Shown piece after piece: positions 27,800 to 41,809 of a stretch of 64,000 bases of DNA (position 1 is the stretch's first letter; every line of letters begins with the position of its first letter). The notes beneath the pieces were generated by a model. That model had not been told where the DNA came from and made no database searches. It worked only from the letters and a program-made list of their open reading frames with translations. The DNA is from Octopus vulgaris. Lineage: Eukaryota. The translations under genes were made by a program, and so were the position numbers. The stretch spans positions 806,001 through 870,000 of the forward strand of contig OX597823.1 in assembly GCA_951406725.2 (NCBI GenBank). Direction: 5' to 3'.

Positions 27800-28260
27800 C
27801 ATCGTAGTTGCCATCGACATTGGTGTCAGAAGCAAGGTCATTGTATTGGACATCAACAAAGCCTGTCACTGTGCTTGGTACAAGAACTTACTTGCCTTGC
27901 TGACCTTCAGTGATATTCGTCCTTTGCTTCATATCTTGGGTTGGCAATCCCCTGTTAGGATGTACCATTGCAGTGTGCTCTAATGAGCATTCTCTGATTC
28001 AATGCCTCAATCCTGATGTCACCTTCTCGCTTGTTCATGTCACTCATGCTATTCCTTCTGTGCATTTACAATCCTTTTTCTTCCAATGACACTTTCTTAT
28101 GTTCAGATGAAGCCATCTTCATTTGTTTTTCCCTTGCCACATACAGACTTCAACAACCGGAAAACTTATCCCACGCCCATCTTAAACGTGTATTGACACC
28201 AGGAACATAAACTTTGGAAACCTCTTCCAATGAGGTGATGGAATTACATCTTTCAACAAA
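27800..28260 (+). mobile_element. Degraded CR1/Jockey-group RT relic
   Basis: SKVIVLDINKACHCAWYKNLL resembles the LDISKAFDRVWH motif. Otherwise decayed. Confidence 0.45.
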
Positions 28261-28527
28261 ACTAGAAATAGTCAGGGTTCATATCAAGGAAGCAATGTCA
28301 TATTCCCACCATCTGTAATCGGGAATAAAGGCACAATTAGCCCCAACTTCCTATAATTACTACAAATGCAAAGGGATTCACAATTAGTGATGATCTCTTT
28401 GGTGCAGTTAAAAAGATGATGATAATGGATTCTCTCATTGTAGGAAAATATGACAACCAATGTCTTTTAAAAGTAGTAATGATACATTTCTAGGGTGTAA
28501 AAAGCCCGTGGAAAGGGAATGGTAAGA

Positions 28528-28569
<42 letters not shown>

Positions 28570-28973
28570 ATGTGTGTGAGCCGTTTGACAGAGAACAAAG
28601 TTAGAGGTAATGAGGAAGATTGAAAATTGTTAATTAAGAAAGAGGGCAAAATATGAACGATGATGACAGGCAAGAAGATTTTCGATAAGCTAGAATAAGA
28701 AAACATGCTGGAAGAGAAAATATGATTGAAGAGAATAAGACCAGTTTTTGGTTTGCCAGATTCTGGTATAATGGCCCTCACGAGAATAGAAGAAACAAAA
28801 TTACCAAGAGATTAATCAAATGATATTTGGAGGAAACGATTGGATATTTTTACGGAATGGGGAGATATTAGTGATTGACACTGCACCACAAAAATGTTTG
28901 GGGAATACAACAAGAACGCTAACTCTGTGCCAGGTTGAAGTCGTTAAGAGTTACGTCCCCTTTACAGCACAAA

Positions 28974-29055
28974 ATGGCGCTGACGTGTGTCCGGCATTTC
29001 AAAGTGTTTCCCTCTTTTGGGACCTTTCACCCGTTTCATGTCCGATACTGCTCAG
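28974..29055 (+). CDS. Candidate first coding exon of a host gene (mitochondrial presequence-like MALTCVRHFKVFPSFGTFHPFHVRYCS)
   Basis: caaaATGG context, CAG|GTAGAT donor, locally CpG-retaining non-repeat sequence. No downstream exon confirmed. Confidence 0.35.
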
Positions 29056-29864
29056 GTAGATATACCGGCATTTACTCATCTCTTTTATCAATATAGAAAT
29101 CAATATAGAAAAAGGCAAATGTCTTTAACCGTCTCAGATCCATCCATAACATCGAAGGTCGTCGCGAACCGAGGCCGCGGTCCGGTTTCGATTCCCGGTT
29201 AAAACCCATTTTCCTTTATTTGTGGCACTTAAAATAATTGTAAAATGTCATCCTTCTTATATGATAAGTATGTGGCATCATTATCCCGTTGGAGCCGATC
29301 TACATAATTTATTAATTAGCGATGTTAATGAAATAAATAGGAGCACCCCCTGCGTTGTCCATAAATAGAGATTCGGGTATAATACCCCGAATATATAATC
29401 TAGATTGCCTTGAAATTTCAGCTTTTAATGACCTCCCTTACACAAGTATTCAATGAAGGATCCTCTATAAGGTCACTATCCTTGCTAGAAATAGCAGTCA
29501 AATCTCCCTCAAATTACACTCGACCGTTTTGGAAAAGAAATGAAGAATACGTTGGTTAACAAAGCCTTAGATACACTTTTCCTGAAAACCAGATGTTTTC
29601 TTATGGAATATCTTTGACCATAAGTTTGTTCGATCAGAGCTAATTTGGTGCTAAATATTTTAACCTCAAACATTAAGAACACTTGAGAAAGACAAGTAAC
29701 ATCACCCCTAACCCAAGACATCCGTGGCCTTGTACCTATTTGCAACGAATTTTTATGTTCTGAGTTCAAATCCTGCCGAAGTCTGGTTTGCTTTTTATGG
29801 TAGGAAAATGAGGGCTGATAAATGATATACAATATATATAATGTTGACTGTATTTGTGAAATGA

Positions 29865-30062
29865 TTTCTAATTTTGGGACAAGGCCAGCAATTTAGGGGG
29901 AGGGGGCAAGTCAGTGTTTCAACTGGTAGTTATTTTATCGCTCCCCAAAGGATGACAAGCAATGTCGATTCTGGTGGCATTTGAACTCAGAACATAAAGA
30001 CGGATGAAATGCTGCGAAGCATTTTGTCTGGCGCGTTAACGATTCTGCCAGCTTGTCGCCTT
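29865..30062 (-). mobile_element. tRNA-related SINE copy
   Basis: Minus strand has ctggcagaatcg (A-box-like) and gagttcaaat (B-box-like); homologous to other copies. Confidence 0.7.
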
Positions 30063-32760
30063 ATATTGGTCAGCTGTATCAATTCCTTCCTTTAAATTTT
30101 GGGGGCTAATGCAGAATCGCACCCCTCCTGGGAAAGTGCATTTGTTTGAAAAATATTTTTCGTATTCCTATGTTTTAGATGTTGGAGACTACGAATATAG
30201 AAAAAAAAATCCCCACCACAATTTAAAATTTTGAACGTTTTCGAAATTTCTTTAAAATCACCTTTTCCAAATTTAAAATGCCCACCTCAACCTCCCCTTC
30301 TCCTCAATTTTTCAAATTTCACACTAATTGGTTTTATAAAGAAATAGCCAATAATATTTAAATCAGGATAACGATGGCTTTTATTTCTGAAAAAAAAAAA
30401 ACCCAAAAAACTTGAGATTTCTTAACGTCTGTTCATGTTTTAGAACCAACCAAGTCTATTTTGGCAGAGAGTGAATTCTAGAAGACTGGCATTCAAGATT
30501 GGAGCAAAGTGGTTTGGGCAGAAAGTGACCGAAAGAAATTAAACCAACAATTTTAAAATATAACGGATGGTTATTTTGTTGACTGAGAAAGATAAAGAAA
30601 TGTGTTGGTCGCAGTTTCTAGAATATTCCATCGTACAATGATAAGGTCATATCTAGAAATCTTGATAAGTCACGTTCTCTGAAATAATGATGACACGTTT
30701 TAAGTGGGTAACTATTACCTTTGTCTTTCGTTCACTTGTTATTGCCTCATTAAAAAACAAAGCGGGTTCCTATGGCATTTAACTCGTGAACAGAGATCAC
30801 TAGAATAAAGACAGTAAAGCGTGTATTTAGTGCTAATTTCTGTTTTACGACCCATCCCAATTAACCAAAAACACGTTTAATCTGAATCGTGCGCACAAAC
30901 GAATTTTCAGTTGAGATGTCAACGACAGGATATAAAACAAAACACATGACTGTCGACCGTCCTTAGTGAAAAAATTCACAACGGTCACTTTTACTCTTCG
31001 TCTCCCCGAAAGATATCGAATAATTAACAAATGGACTGGAGTTAATTCAATTGACAATACCTATACACCATGAAAGTTGATAAAAGATGACGATGTAGTT
31101 TTAGTAGCAATTGTGGAGCCGGAGCGGATGAGGTGAATGGATGTTATAGCTTTTGTTTTATTAACACCAATGGAATTTGGTCGCAGAGTCCCCAAGATGT
31201 TAAATTGATTCAATTTTTAAAATTCTGTTTTATATATAAAACCAAGATTTACAAACAACAAACAAAGAATGTTGTAGAACCCAAAACCTGCCTTATTCAT
31301 TATAATCAACATGTTGCAGTGCTAATTAATTCTTAATTACAAGAATGATTTAAAAAAAAAGGTTTATTCAGATTTGTCGATTTATTGGACTATATTTACC
31401 TATTTTATGAAGGCTGCTAACTTCAAAAGTTAACATGCCAATTAATGGCTTATTTAATCGTTTAATCTAGATTATTGTCTTTTTGAATATGACAACAATA
31501 ATTAACTAGTAATTTAGAATAGAATCTGAACAAATTTACGGGACGACGTTCACAGCTCCAAGTAAAAATACAAGGGAAGTAACTATGGAGGGTAGCATTT
31601 ATTTGAAGAATTCGGTCGAGTTCTACGAACCATTTCTAGAATGACTTTTTTTTTAATAAGCACTTAAAACCTAAACAGAATGAATTTTGTAGCATTAAAC
31701 AAATTGAAAAAAACCCAACCAACCAAACAAAAGAACTTTCTGTCTTAATACCCTATTTGTGGTTTTAGGGTATCAGATAACCAAGTGAATGATGTGAAGT
31801 TGTATATGATCTCCATAGCTCTGTTTTAGCCATGTCAAGACTCCTTCAATCGTCTGCTGCCATATTGTATAACTCACCTCTGTCGGGAACAGAAGTTCTG
31901 TGAAGTTGACCAAAAACTGGTCAGTTTGTGGTGCAATGGTTATTCATGTTGTTGGTATCTTCATTGTCTGGGAAACCTGTTTGTTAATTAGCAATAATTA
32001 AGAGTCGGACGTCATTGATATGATTAACTTTTATAAAGAAAGATGAAGAATAAAAAAAGCAAAAACATCGCAAATGTATGTTGTTGAGACTATTTTTCAA
32101 TTTTGTTGTATAGTAAGTATGACAATCCATTAGGGCCACCACTAAAGACGTCTACGAAGTGCACTGCTAAGGCCTTGCGGTAAGGAAGATTCCATTGATA
32201 TTTGACTCCAGGGCAGGGAGAATAAAATGAAGAGAGTAAAGCGTGTATGTGGTACGAATTGTATTTGTCTCTCGTCTCCACTGAGCAAAATACGTGAGGT
32301 GAAGCTAACGAACGTGTATGGTATACTCTAACACATGCTAGCATTGAAAAACAGACGTAAAAGTAAATGAAGGAATGGTCGATTAGTTCTGTTCATTTAG
32401 GAGAGGAAGAAAATTGTGATGTTCTTTTATTCTTATCTAAAGTGTGTGTGTGTGTGTGATGATCATGTAATTCCTTGTGTATGTGTGAAGCCTGAAAGGT
32501 TTTGAGATGTAAATTTATGATACGAAATAGACATAATTCTTGTATATTCTGTATATTTATAAAATGAAACTGTAACTCCTAATATAGTTATAACTTTATG
32601 CAGTTCTATTCATAATTTTTAGTGGAAGCCCATCGTGTGACAGATGTCAGGTTGCTCAGAATTTCTTTGTTGTGTGAAATATGAATCTGTTTAGACTATT
32701 TCAGATTCTATTTTACTCCACAGTATCTTCACAAAACTATCCTCTGCCACTGGAGACGTA

Positions 32761-33975
32761 TTGGCTTGGTCCAAAAGTCCATTCGGGTGTTTAAGCGAAA
32801 ATAAGACAAGGGATTTCTTCAGTCAATGATATAATTACCATTTAGTTCCAGTATCTTCTACCATCTTGTGGCCAAATCCATTATTCCCTGCGCAAAGTGT
32901 TTCCTGTTTTTACTGGCGAAAACACTTCCAGGCGAATTTTCATATCTTCTTCCGAGTTGAAGATTTGTGCATTCAATGAACTGTGAAGAGATTGAAACAG
33001 TTGAAAACCTGAAGTCGTAGGGTGAAGCCAATATGAAAGACCCAGTAACTTCTGCTGCGCCGGCAAAGAAGGGTGCGTCCGGCATTATCGGGATGAAAGA
33101 CAATGCTCTAATGATTAGTATGTACTGGACGCTCCCGATGGATCGCTGCGTTTAATTAGTCCAATTGTTCACAATATGGATCCGAATTTGTGGTCGTGTC
33201 TGTGGGAAGAAGCTCGTAGAAGACAACATCCTTCCAACCTCCATCGAATTGAAAGCATAATCTTCTTCGGATAAACTTCTGCTTTGGAGAGGTCTCCCAT
33301 GATCGTTTGTGCTTCACATTGTTGTAGACAAAGTATTTTCGTCCCCTGTTACCATTCTCTTCAAAAAGGATCATTTTCATTACGTTTCTGCAGCGAATCA
33401 CAGATGGAAATCCTTTGGGCAAGTTTAGCTTCATTCAATTGATGTGGGACCCAAACATCGAGTCTGCTGATGTAACCAAGCTGATGCAGATGGTTTTCTA
33501 CATTAGATTTGGGTATTTTGAGAATATCTGCTATCACCCTGGCCCCATAATGGGAATTTGTGTCAACTGACTCCTTCATTTTGTTGCTGTTAATCTGTTG
33601 ACCAGCCAGAGCGAGGTGCATCTTGAGCCAAAAAAATTTCCCAATCGAAATATTGAAGACCATTTCTAACACATATTCCGTAACAGCATCCTATCAGTAC
33701 ACAGTGCAGGTCTTCCTGCTGGTTTTCACCGCATTCTTGCCTTTGTTTTTGAAAAATAGAAAAAAGCACGAGACGTCGATTAAGTTTGCTTTGGTTCTTC
33801 ATTTCCATACAAAAGTCTTTATCATACAAAATACAGCTTGTCTCGTTGCAAGTTTGCATCGAACTACTTTCAAGTGTTGAGTACCTAATGAGTGTGACAG
33901 ACTGCAGTTAGCTACTTATTAGGGTGCTTGAAGTTTAGTGAAGACGAAAACCAAACGGACTCTTGACCAATCCAA
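32761..33975 (-). mobile_element. Full-length degraded mariner (mellifera-like)
   Basis: TIRs TA|TTGGCTTGGTCCAAAAGTCC and GGACTCTTGACCAATCCAA|TA. SRLDVWVPHQL and ICDSLQKRNENDPF motifs. Confidence 0.88.
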
Positions 33976-33989
33976 TATTTTCCCAACTA

Positions 33990-34092
33990 CCTCCTCCTCG
34001 TCTTTCTCCTCTTCCTTCTCCTTCTCCTCCTCGTCTTTCTTCCTCTTCCTCCTCCTTCTCCTCCTCGTCTTTCTCCTCTTCCTCCTCCTCCC
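33990..34092. repeat. (CCT/CTT)n low-complexity tract
   Basis: Seen directly. Confidence 0.9.
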
Positions 34093-34499
34093 ATTGCACC
34101 TGCCTCTCCTTCCATGCTGTTTATAGTGCAACAGTGACTGGAATGTTCTCAGTTTCTCTTGTTTTATCCTGTACCCCATCAATGATTTACTTCTGCTTTT
34201 TGTGACTGTTTTCTAAAACCAATCTACCTTTTGAAAATGATAGATCTATACATATAATAATCTAGGCCAGATGCCGTCCATCTAATGTATTAGGTCTTAT
34301 ACATTGGCATCAGATATAATAGAAAGTGTGGTGAGAATCGTGAAACCTCCACCAACAAACCACGTCGGATATATCTTATCAACCTATACAATATATTTAT
34401 CAATTATTATTTTATTGTTAGCAATTGCAAGAGAATCACGTAAAGCTTTAAATTTCCTTAACATTTCTATGGATTCCTCTCTAATTTGGGGAGGAATTA

Positions 34500-36055
34500 C
34501 AACCGTGTTTCGTGGTCTGCTACCACAACAGCTCCTTTACAGGATCCAGTTAGCTCAAGACATCATCAGGAGGAACCACGTCCGGTTTCGGCCCTTACTC
34601 CTCTACCGTTTTGACGTGGCGGGTCCCCCTTCCTTTCGGAGGTGTCTTCAGCTCTGATGTTGGGTGCATGTCTTCTTTCTTCTTTCTTCTGTTCCCTGGC
34701 CTCTTCGATGTATCGTTAGCGAGTGTCAGCCGGTGACTGACTGTCTTGTCAAATTTTCCCCATAAATACCTGCCGCTAGGCTCCAGCAGGCAGGCCTAGC
34801 AAGTTGTCACGTGACACTGTCTCACCTTAACTGACTAGTGAAGGCGCGTAGTTTTAGCCCGCGCTTTTTCTAAACGACTGTCACCTGTCAGTCAGCTTGT
34901 CTCACCTAATGATGTTATTTCCCGTCGGCGTGTTTATGACTTTCAAGCCATTTTCGGTCTTCCCGCTTCAGCCATATATAGAAGCTGGCTTTTACGACCG
35001 CCTCCTGTACTCTCCTTATTAGTTTACACAACTCGGGGCTAGAAAAAACAAATCTTCTTTTGAAAAGCGTTGTCATTTTTTTTTCAATGAAGCCTCTAGC
35101 CCCCACTGCCAGGTGATAATATTTGATATTCCATCCCTGTTCTCTGCATTCTTCGATTAGCTTTTCATACCTCTTCTTTCGTTCCTCTGCATTGCCGATG
35201 TTCTCTTCCCAAGATACTGTTAGTTCTAGTAAAATTCCTATTCTCTGTCCTCTGTCCCATAGGACTAAATCCGGTCTTTTTGTTGTTTTTATTAGTGGAA
35301 ATATTACTTGTCTTTCCAAGTCCGTGGCCACCTCCCAGTTTCCCTTCCATCTTTCGTCTATCTCGTATACTTTACTTGTAGGCCTGGTTTTATAACCTTT
35401 TCCCGCCTTGTGGAAGTATACTTTCCTGCGCTTTTCTACTTTTGGGTATTCTCCCCTATTGTACCTCCCGATCTTCTTGAGTGCTGTGCTTAATGACGCC
35501 GAGGACTTGATTATGCTGCCATGTATATCTTTCTAGTGCTAGTCTGCAATTTGACAGAACATGTCTGACCGTCGCTTTCTCTCCGCATCTACACTCATCG
35601 GTTGTTTTTATGTTCCATCGGACTAAGTTTGCCGGTGAGGGTAGAACGTCGAAGGTAGACTTGAACAGGAAGGATGTTCTTTCTTGTTCCCAAGCCCAAA
35701 GTTCCTTCCATGATATTCTGCGGCTGATCACATATTCCTCCCATCTCAGGCACTGTCCCTTTTGACTACATTGCGCCAAATGTACATTTTGCCTTTCTTC
35801 TTCCTCCTTTCTCACTTCGTATACCACTGCCTCTTTCATCTCTTTTACACTGCTCTTGCAAAATGGCCTGAAATTGTGCGACCCTAGGCCGGCTCTTGCT
35901 TCTTGTGTCGCTCCGACTATATCTGCGTGCCTTAGTTTTCCGATAGCCCTGTTTACTGCCTCTTTCGCCTTCCCTTTCCTCCCTGTTCGTACCTTTGGAG
36001 GGTTTTCCCGGATGCTCTGATCTTTTGAATACCTTAACATCATTACTGTCCTTGC
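34500..36055 (-). mobile_element. 5'-truncated HERO-like RLE non-LTR retrotransposon
   Basis: VRTGRK, RISWKELW, STFDVLPSPANLVRW, CRCG-x-HVLSNC, YTWQHNQVL, RPDLVLWD-x-LELTVSWEEN and KKRY motifs. CpG-rich 3' UTR at 34500-34915. Confidence 0.85.
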
Positions 36056-36559
36056 CTATAATTTTTATTATACAGTTCAGGGAAATTATCTCCCTTAGAC
36101 CATTATCAACAGGGGAGATAACTATTGCCATCATGATTTGACTGTGTCAAGGGAACCAGAATTATGTGTGTGTGTGTTTGTCTATACTTTTATTACTGCC
36201 AGTGCTTGTGCTGTGACCATGCTGGAGCATCACTATACGATTTGTTGTGTTTCTACAGAACTGGACTTTTAGTGAATGCATGAATTTGATGTTAGTGTCC
36301 TTAGTTGAATTTCTCAATGTGTGGACGTAGTTTCGTAAGGATGAGACACATTCAGAACCTGAGCCAGAAAGACTGCAACAGCCTTTGTTACTTTCCAGGC
36401 ATCCTCCTCCACAGTCTGCCCGAGTTGCATGTCCTTCCTAACCATTTTACATTGTGGGTCGGTGCTTTCTATGTTTCACCAGCTCAAGTGAAGTTGCTCT
36501 GCAACTTGGGAGACCAAGGTTCCCTATAACTGAGAGGGGCTGAAGGGTTTTAGTCACAT

Positions 36560-36882
36560 GACTTGATCCCTGTACTTGTTCTTTTTTTAAAGCTTGGTGT
36601 TTATTCTAGCAGTCACTTTTGCCGAACTGGTTAGTTATGGGGATGTAAACACCAACACTGGTTGTCAAGCAGTGGTGAGGGACTAACTCAAAGACCTCCC
36701 ACCCCCATATACATATGTGTGTGTGTGTGATGGACTTTGCTTCTACCAAATCCACTGACAAGGTTTTGGTCAGCCTGAGGCTGTAGTGGAAAACAGTTAC
36801 CTAAGGTGTCATGCAGTGGGACTGAACCTGGAACCATGTAGTTGGGAAGAAATCTTCTTACCACACAGCCATGCCTGCACCT
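36560..36882 (-). mobile_element. tRNA-derived CORE-like SINE copy
   Basis: Minus strand has tggtaagaag (A box), ggttcagtccc (B box) and caccttaggtaa core. Homologous to 59221-59520. Confidence 0.7.
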
Positions 36883-37779
36883 ATACACCTATATATACAC
36901 ACACAGCAAGGAACATGGATGTTAGATGATGATGATGATGATGACAGTACTTCCAGGACTTAGATCCCTCAAGATCTACATATTGCCATTCATCCCTATT
37001 CCTTGACATCCCTTCATGAGATCAGTATTTACCACTTCACCCCATGTTTTCATCATTCTTCTCCCTCTTCTATAAGCTCTGTCCACATTGAAGAAGGGGC
37101 ATCTCATCATACAGATGTCCTAATGCCTCATTGTCATCTTCATCATCATCATCATCTATGTTCCATGCTGGCATGAGCTGAGCAGTTTGACAGGATCTGA
37201 TGGGTTCAAGGACTACATTGGGCTTCAGTGTCACCTTTGGCATGGTTGCTATGCCTACATGCCCCTCATAATACCAACCACTCTACAGCGTGTACTGGCT
37301 GCTTTTTTTATGTGACACCAGCAGTGAAGTCACCCTGCAGCTTGCAAGAACTACAAGCCTCTAAGGTGGGGAGTGGGGATGAGGCTTTATGCTGGGAGGT
37401 GAAGGATTACAGTTTAAGAGAATTGGTGTAGAGGAACCATGTGGCTACTCACGTTTAGAAGAGTGAGTGAGAAGGATTAGGAGGAACTGCAAAGTGTAAG
37501 TGCCACCTTTAAGGTATGGGATGAGCACAAGTGAATGGGGCTCAGTGGAAATAGAAGTGTAGATAGCTGGGCACTGGTATAAGAGGCAGACGTTTTACAG
37601 GAAAGCACTAATATATTGAGAAGTTCAGTGATGCATCTCAGGATGATAGTAGCAGGAGCCAGCAACGTGAAGTCCAGGAGTTTCACACACTTTCAGTTCT
37701 AACATCAGATCCAAAGTGGCTGACAACACTCTCATATTCTAGTCTGTCAATTCCAGTTGATGCATTGAAATCTCCCATG

Positions 37780-38200
37780 ACCAACGACGTGTTCCTGTTG
37801 GGGATACTCTCCATTACAACTGAGTGTAGGAGTCTCCCTCATGGCAGTCATAACTTATTCTGCAACTGAGAAAATGACACCCAGAGAATGTTGAGTCCTC
37901 AACCACGAAATACACTCATTGACAGGTTTTTAATTTAACATTGTTGGAACCAGCCTGTTGGTCACTGCATTTACTATGGCCACTGGCAATGCCAGCCATC
38001 AGAGTGCCAACACCAGTGGTATGTGTAACCACTAGTTGAGATTTGTCCATCCCTGGCCAACACACCTCTGATAGGGCCACCATAGCAACTTGCAAACAGA
38101 TGAATTCAGAAGACATCAGGGACAGTGATTCTTCAAAGAGAAAACATTCCAGGTTCCCGCCTGATCAGACCTCCTCATGTTGAAACAAGATGCTCAACTC
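37780..38200 (-). mobile_element. RTE-like apurinic endonuclease relic
   Basis: VALSEVCWPG motif; a downstream MGDFNA reads from atgggagatttcaatgca on the minus strand. Confidence 0.55.
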
Positions 38201-38508
38201 CTGATGGATGACACCTTTGCACCACTCAGACACCTGCTAACGACTGGACTACTTTGACATTTTCCAGCCAGAAGTTATTGCCTCTATCTCAATATTTGCA
38301 TTTACACACACATATATGCAATATACACAGTCACAGATATAGTTACATGCATACAGGCACACACACAACACATATATTCACACACACACACACACACACA
38401 CATGCACACATCTATGGATAATTTTATTGAAACCGAAAAGCACTTCTGAAACTGTTACTTAAATTAGACAGTTGTGTACATGTGCGCACACACACACACA
38501 CACACACA

Positions 38509-39705
38509 CAAGGGTTGACTGAAAAGGTCATAGGCTGACCAAGATGCTCTCATGGAATGTAACCAAATGTGGTTTGCACACTTCTTCCATCGGTTTTGCA
38601 GTGCTTGGATCCCTTTGTTGAAGAAACTTTAACCCCTGTTGGTCAAAAACGTCATCAACAACAGACATGACATCATCATCATCATCATCACAGTCAAGTG
38701 TTTTTTTTTATCTTGAGGAACAGATGATAATCAGATGGGGGTCAAATCAGGAGAATAAGAAGGGTGGTCAACCAGTTCAAATCCACAGTCACATACAGCA
38801 GCCTTTGAAACCAAGGACTTGTGTGATGAACCATTGTCCTAATGAAAGCTTTTTCATAACTGCCCAGCAAGCTCTCATACTACTCTCCATTGATAGTGCG
38901 GCCCTTTTGAAGATCGCCAATAAACACAGTGTCTTTTGCATTGCAAAAAAACTGAGGCCATCACCTTCTGTGCAGCTGAAACATTTTTGGCCTTCTTTGG
39001 GTGTTTCCACTGTGTGCACTGTCTCTTTGTCTCTGACTCAAAGTAATTAACCCAACACTCATTCTGGGTTAGGAAACAGTCAAGGAAACCAACTGGATCT
39101 CCCTCAACCAATGTCAGATTTTGTTGTGATGTGATCAACCAGGTGCAACTCTGATCAGGTGTCAAAACACGTGGCACCCACTGAGCAGAAACCTTCACCA
39201 TGTCAAGTTCATTGTGCAGAATGCTCTCTTAATGGGATGTGCTAATAACATTGGCCATTTGATTTATAGTCAATCACCTGTCATCCATTAGCAGGTGGTG
39301 GATCAATGTTTTTTTCCTCAGTGGTGGCAGTTGCAGGATGTCTAGACCTTGCGCCATCTTCAAGACTCTCCCTTCGCCTCCTAAATTCCATTGCCCACTT
39401 TTGTACTGTTGATGAAGTGTCAGCCCCTAATGTAGCCACTGTATCAGCATGAATGTCCTTGGGGGTTGTTAAACCCTTTTTTTCTGCAGGTACTTGATAA
39501 CACCATGGTGGTAAATTCTGTTGATTTTTGAATGAAGTCTGTACTAGTTACTTTTAAAATGCTCTTTGAACAATCAGATGTCAGTTTACCTGGAAAGAAA
39601 CAACACAGTTATTAATAAGAAGAGTTCAACTCAATACCTGCAAGATTTCACAGCTCTAGCTTCAATCCTTCATAGTCAGCCTATGAACTTTTCAGCCTAA
39701 CCTTG
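38509..39705 (-). mobile_element. Degraded mariner with internal deletion
   Basis: TIRs caagggttgactgaaaaggtcataggctgac and gtcagcctatgaacttttcagcctaaccttg. KVSAQWVPRVLT and KVMASVF motifs. Confidence 0.85.
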
Positions 39706-40034
39706 AGAGAGAGAGAGAGAGAGAGGTGTGTGTGTATGAATGCTTGTATGAAACTTATACAAATATGAAAGAAAGGAATAATTGCAATTATACAGATGCG
39801 TTTCTATGAAAGGTCCTGTAGATGTATGCTTACATGTAGTGATGTTGTATAATGATGGGTGTGCACACCTGCAAGAAAATCTACATTCACGCATACATGA
39901 ACAGAGTCTACATGCGTCTGTGATTTACATTTAAATGAAGAAACACAAATATGGGAATATCGGAATATAAATACATAACCAATGTAGAAGATGAGTGAGA
40001 ATGCATAAGGAGGATATGTAAGTTTATTGGTTTG

Positions 40035-40216
40035 AAGTTTTGGCACAAGATCTGAAAGTCATTAGCCCCCCCCCTCAGTGTATGACTGGTACTTATTTCA
40101 ATGACCCTGAAAGGACGAAAGGCAAAGTGAACCTCAGTGGAATTTGAATGCAGAACTTAAGGGCAGACAAAGTGCCACTTAGCATTTTGCCTGGCATGCT
40201 CCCAATTCTGCCAGCT
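40035..40216 (-). mobile_element. SINE copy
   Basis: Homologous to 29865-30062. Confidence 0.65.
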
Positions 40217-41809
40217 TATAACATGTGGCCAGGATAACATGTAAATATATAGCAAACTAGTTCCTGTTTTTTTTTTTATATCTAAGATAAAACGAGTGAA
40301 TATGGTTGCAGACGATCCATAGGTTTTTGTCAAATATTGAATGAGAAGGAATAAAATATGAATTAATATAAGGAAGAGGCATGAAATGAGGAATATCGAT
40401 CTGGTCAGGATTGGTTAGAAGAGAACTTATCAATAATAGAAAGTGCTGTGTGTCTGTGATGATATTTGTTAGGTGAGGAGGCTGCTGGTGGACTGGCAAC
40501 TGGCCCCTTGGTAGTGAGTAGCAGACTAAAAGACAGGAAGACACAAAGACAAATGGGAGATGAATGGCAAGACAGAAACACTGAAAGAAAAGAAAACGTT
40601 TGGGTGAGTGGAACGGCATTTGTTGAGGTGTTTGAAGAGTAAATGTTATTATTATCTAGTTGTGAGTGTTTGTTGGGGGTTCTTTTTAGCATGACACATT
40701 TGTTCTGGTTTCATGTGAAATTTCTGCGGCCCTAATCAAAACCATTAATTGGAGAAGTTAATCATAAGAACCTTTAAATCAATGATTTTTTTGTTTTTTA
40801 TAATTTGAGCCAACCTGAAACATCCATTCTCTACACACTGTGACAATCTTTTGGAAAGATCTGTGCTTTTAGTTTCTGCCCAGATCAATTCTCTAAGCAA
40901 AACTAATCCTAAATTCTCAGTATGCAGTTCTGACCTCGAATTCTTAGTATGCAGGATAAAGATATAGAATAAAGAAATTGTTCTCAACAATGTAAGTTAA
41001 ATATATTTCATATGTTCCAGAGAGGAAGACAATATTCTCAAAAATGTCATTTACAGGCAGAGAAAGATATCAGAAAACGACAAAGGAAACCATTGCTGGA
41101 GAAAATATAAATGTCAGTTCTAAAATTTCCTGCAGATTTTGGAAAGAAATAGCTTTGCTATATTCCAAAAGAGTGGCTTCGTTTGAAGGAAATAAAAATC
41201 CTATATTGGCCCCCCCCCCTACTCTCTCAACAAGATAAAAACAAAAGAACAATTGTACATTGTCTGCTTCCATTGGTAAATCTGTAAATATGATGGGTTT
41301 TTTTTTTTTCCCACAAATACTTTTTTGGATCCACAACATAGAAATATCCAACTGAGTCTGTTGATTTCTTCAGCAAAGAGGCCGTTACTCATTAAATCCA
41401 CAGGAAAAAAAAAACAACCGCTATATCTTCCGTAGACAAAATGAAATCAGCCGCAGTTTTCTGTTCTCGTTAAATTCACCAAAAGTTCTTATTTATAAAA
41501 GTGGAAATTGTGTTGATACATCAGTGGAGTCAGGGATAATGATCACATTCCAAGAATAAAGTAGCTGTTCAGTGACATTGATGGAGGTTTCTCATCAGAC
41601 AGAAACACTGAGGTTTGTTGACATTCCTTGTCAATGAATTGTCAAATAGCTGCATTAATGGAGTGGAATGAAAAGCCCCTTAATTAAAAGGTAGGTAAGG
41701 GCTAGTGATTGGAAGAACACCAATTATATGTATTCATCTAACTCATGCTGGCATAAAAAAATAGGTGTAAGAAGAAGAACAAATGAACACACACACATGC
41801 ACACACCTA

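Noticed and set aside
29150-29205. tRNA gene at the B-box-like ccggtttcgattcccgg
   Set aside because: Only a T-arm-like hairpin; no D arm or acceptor stem could be built.
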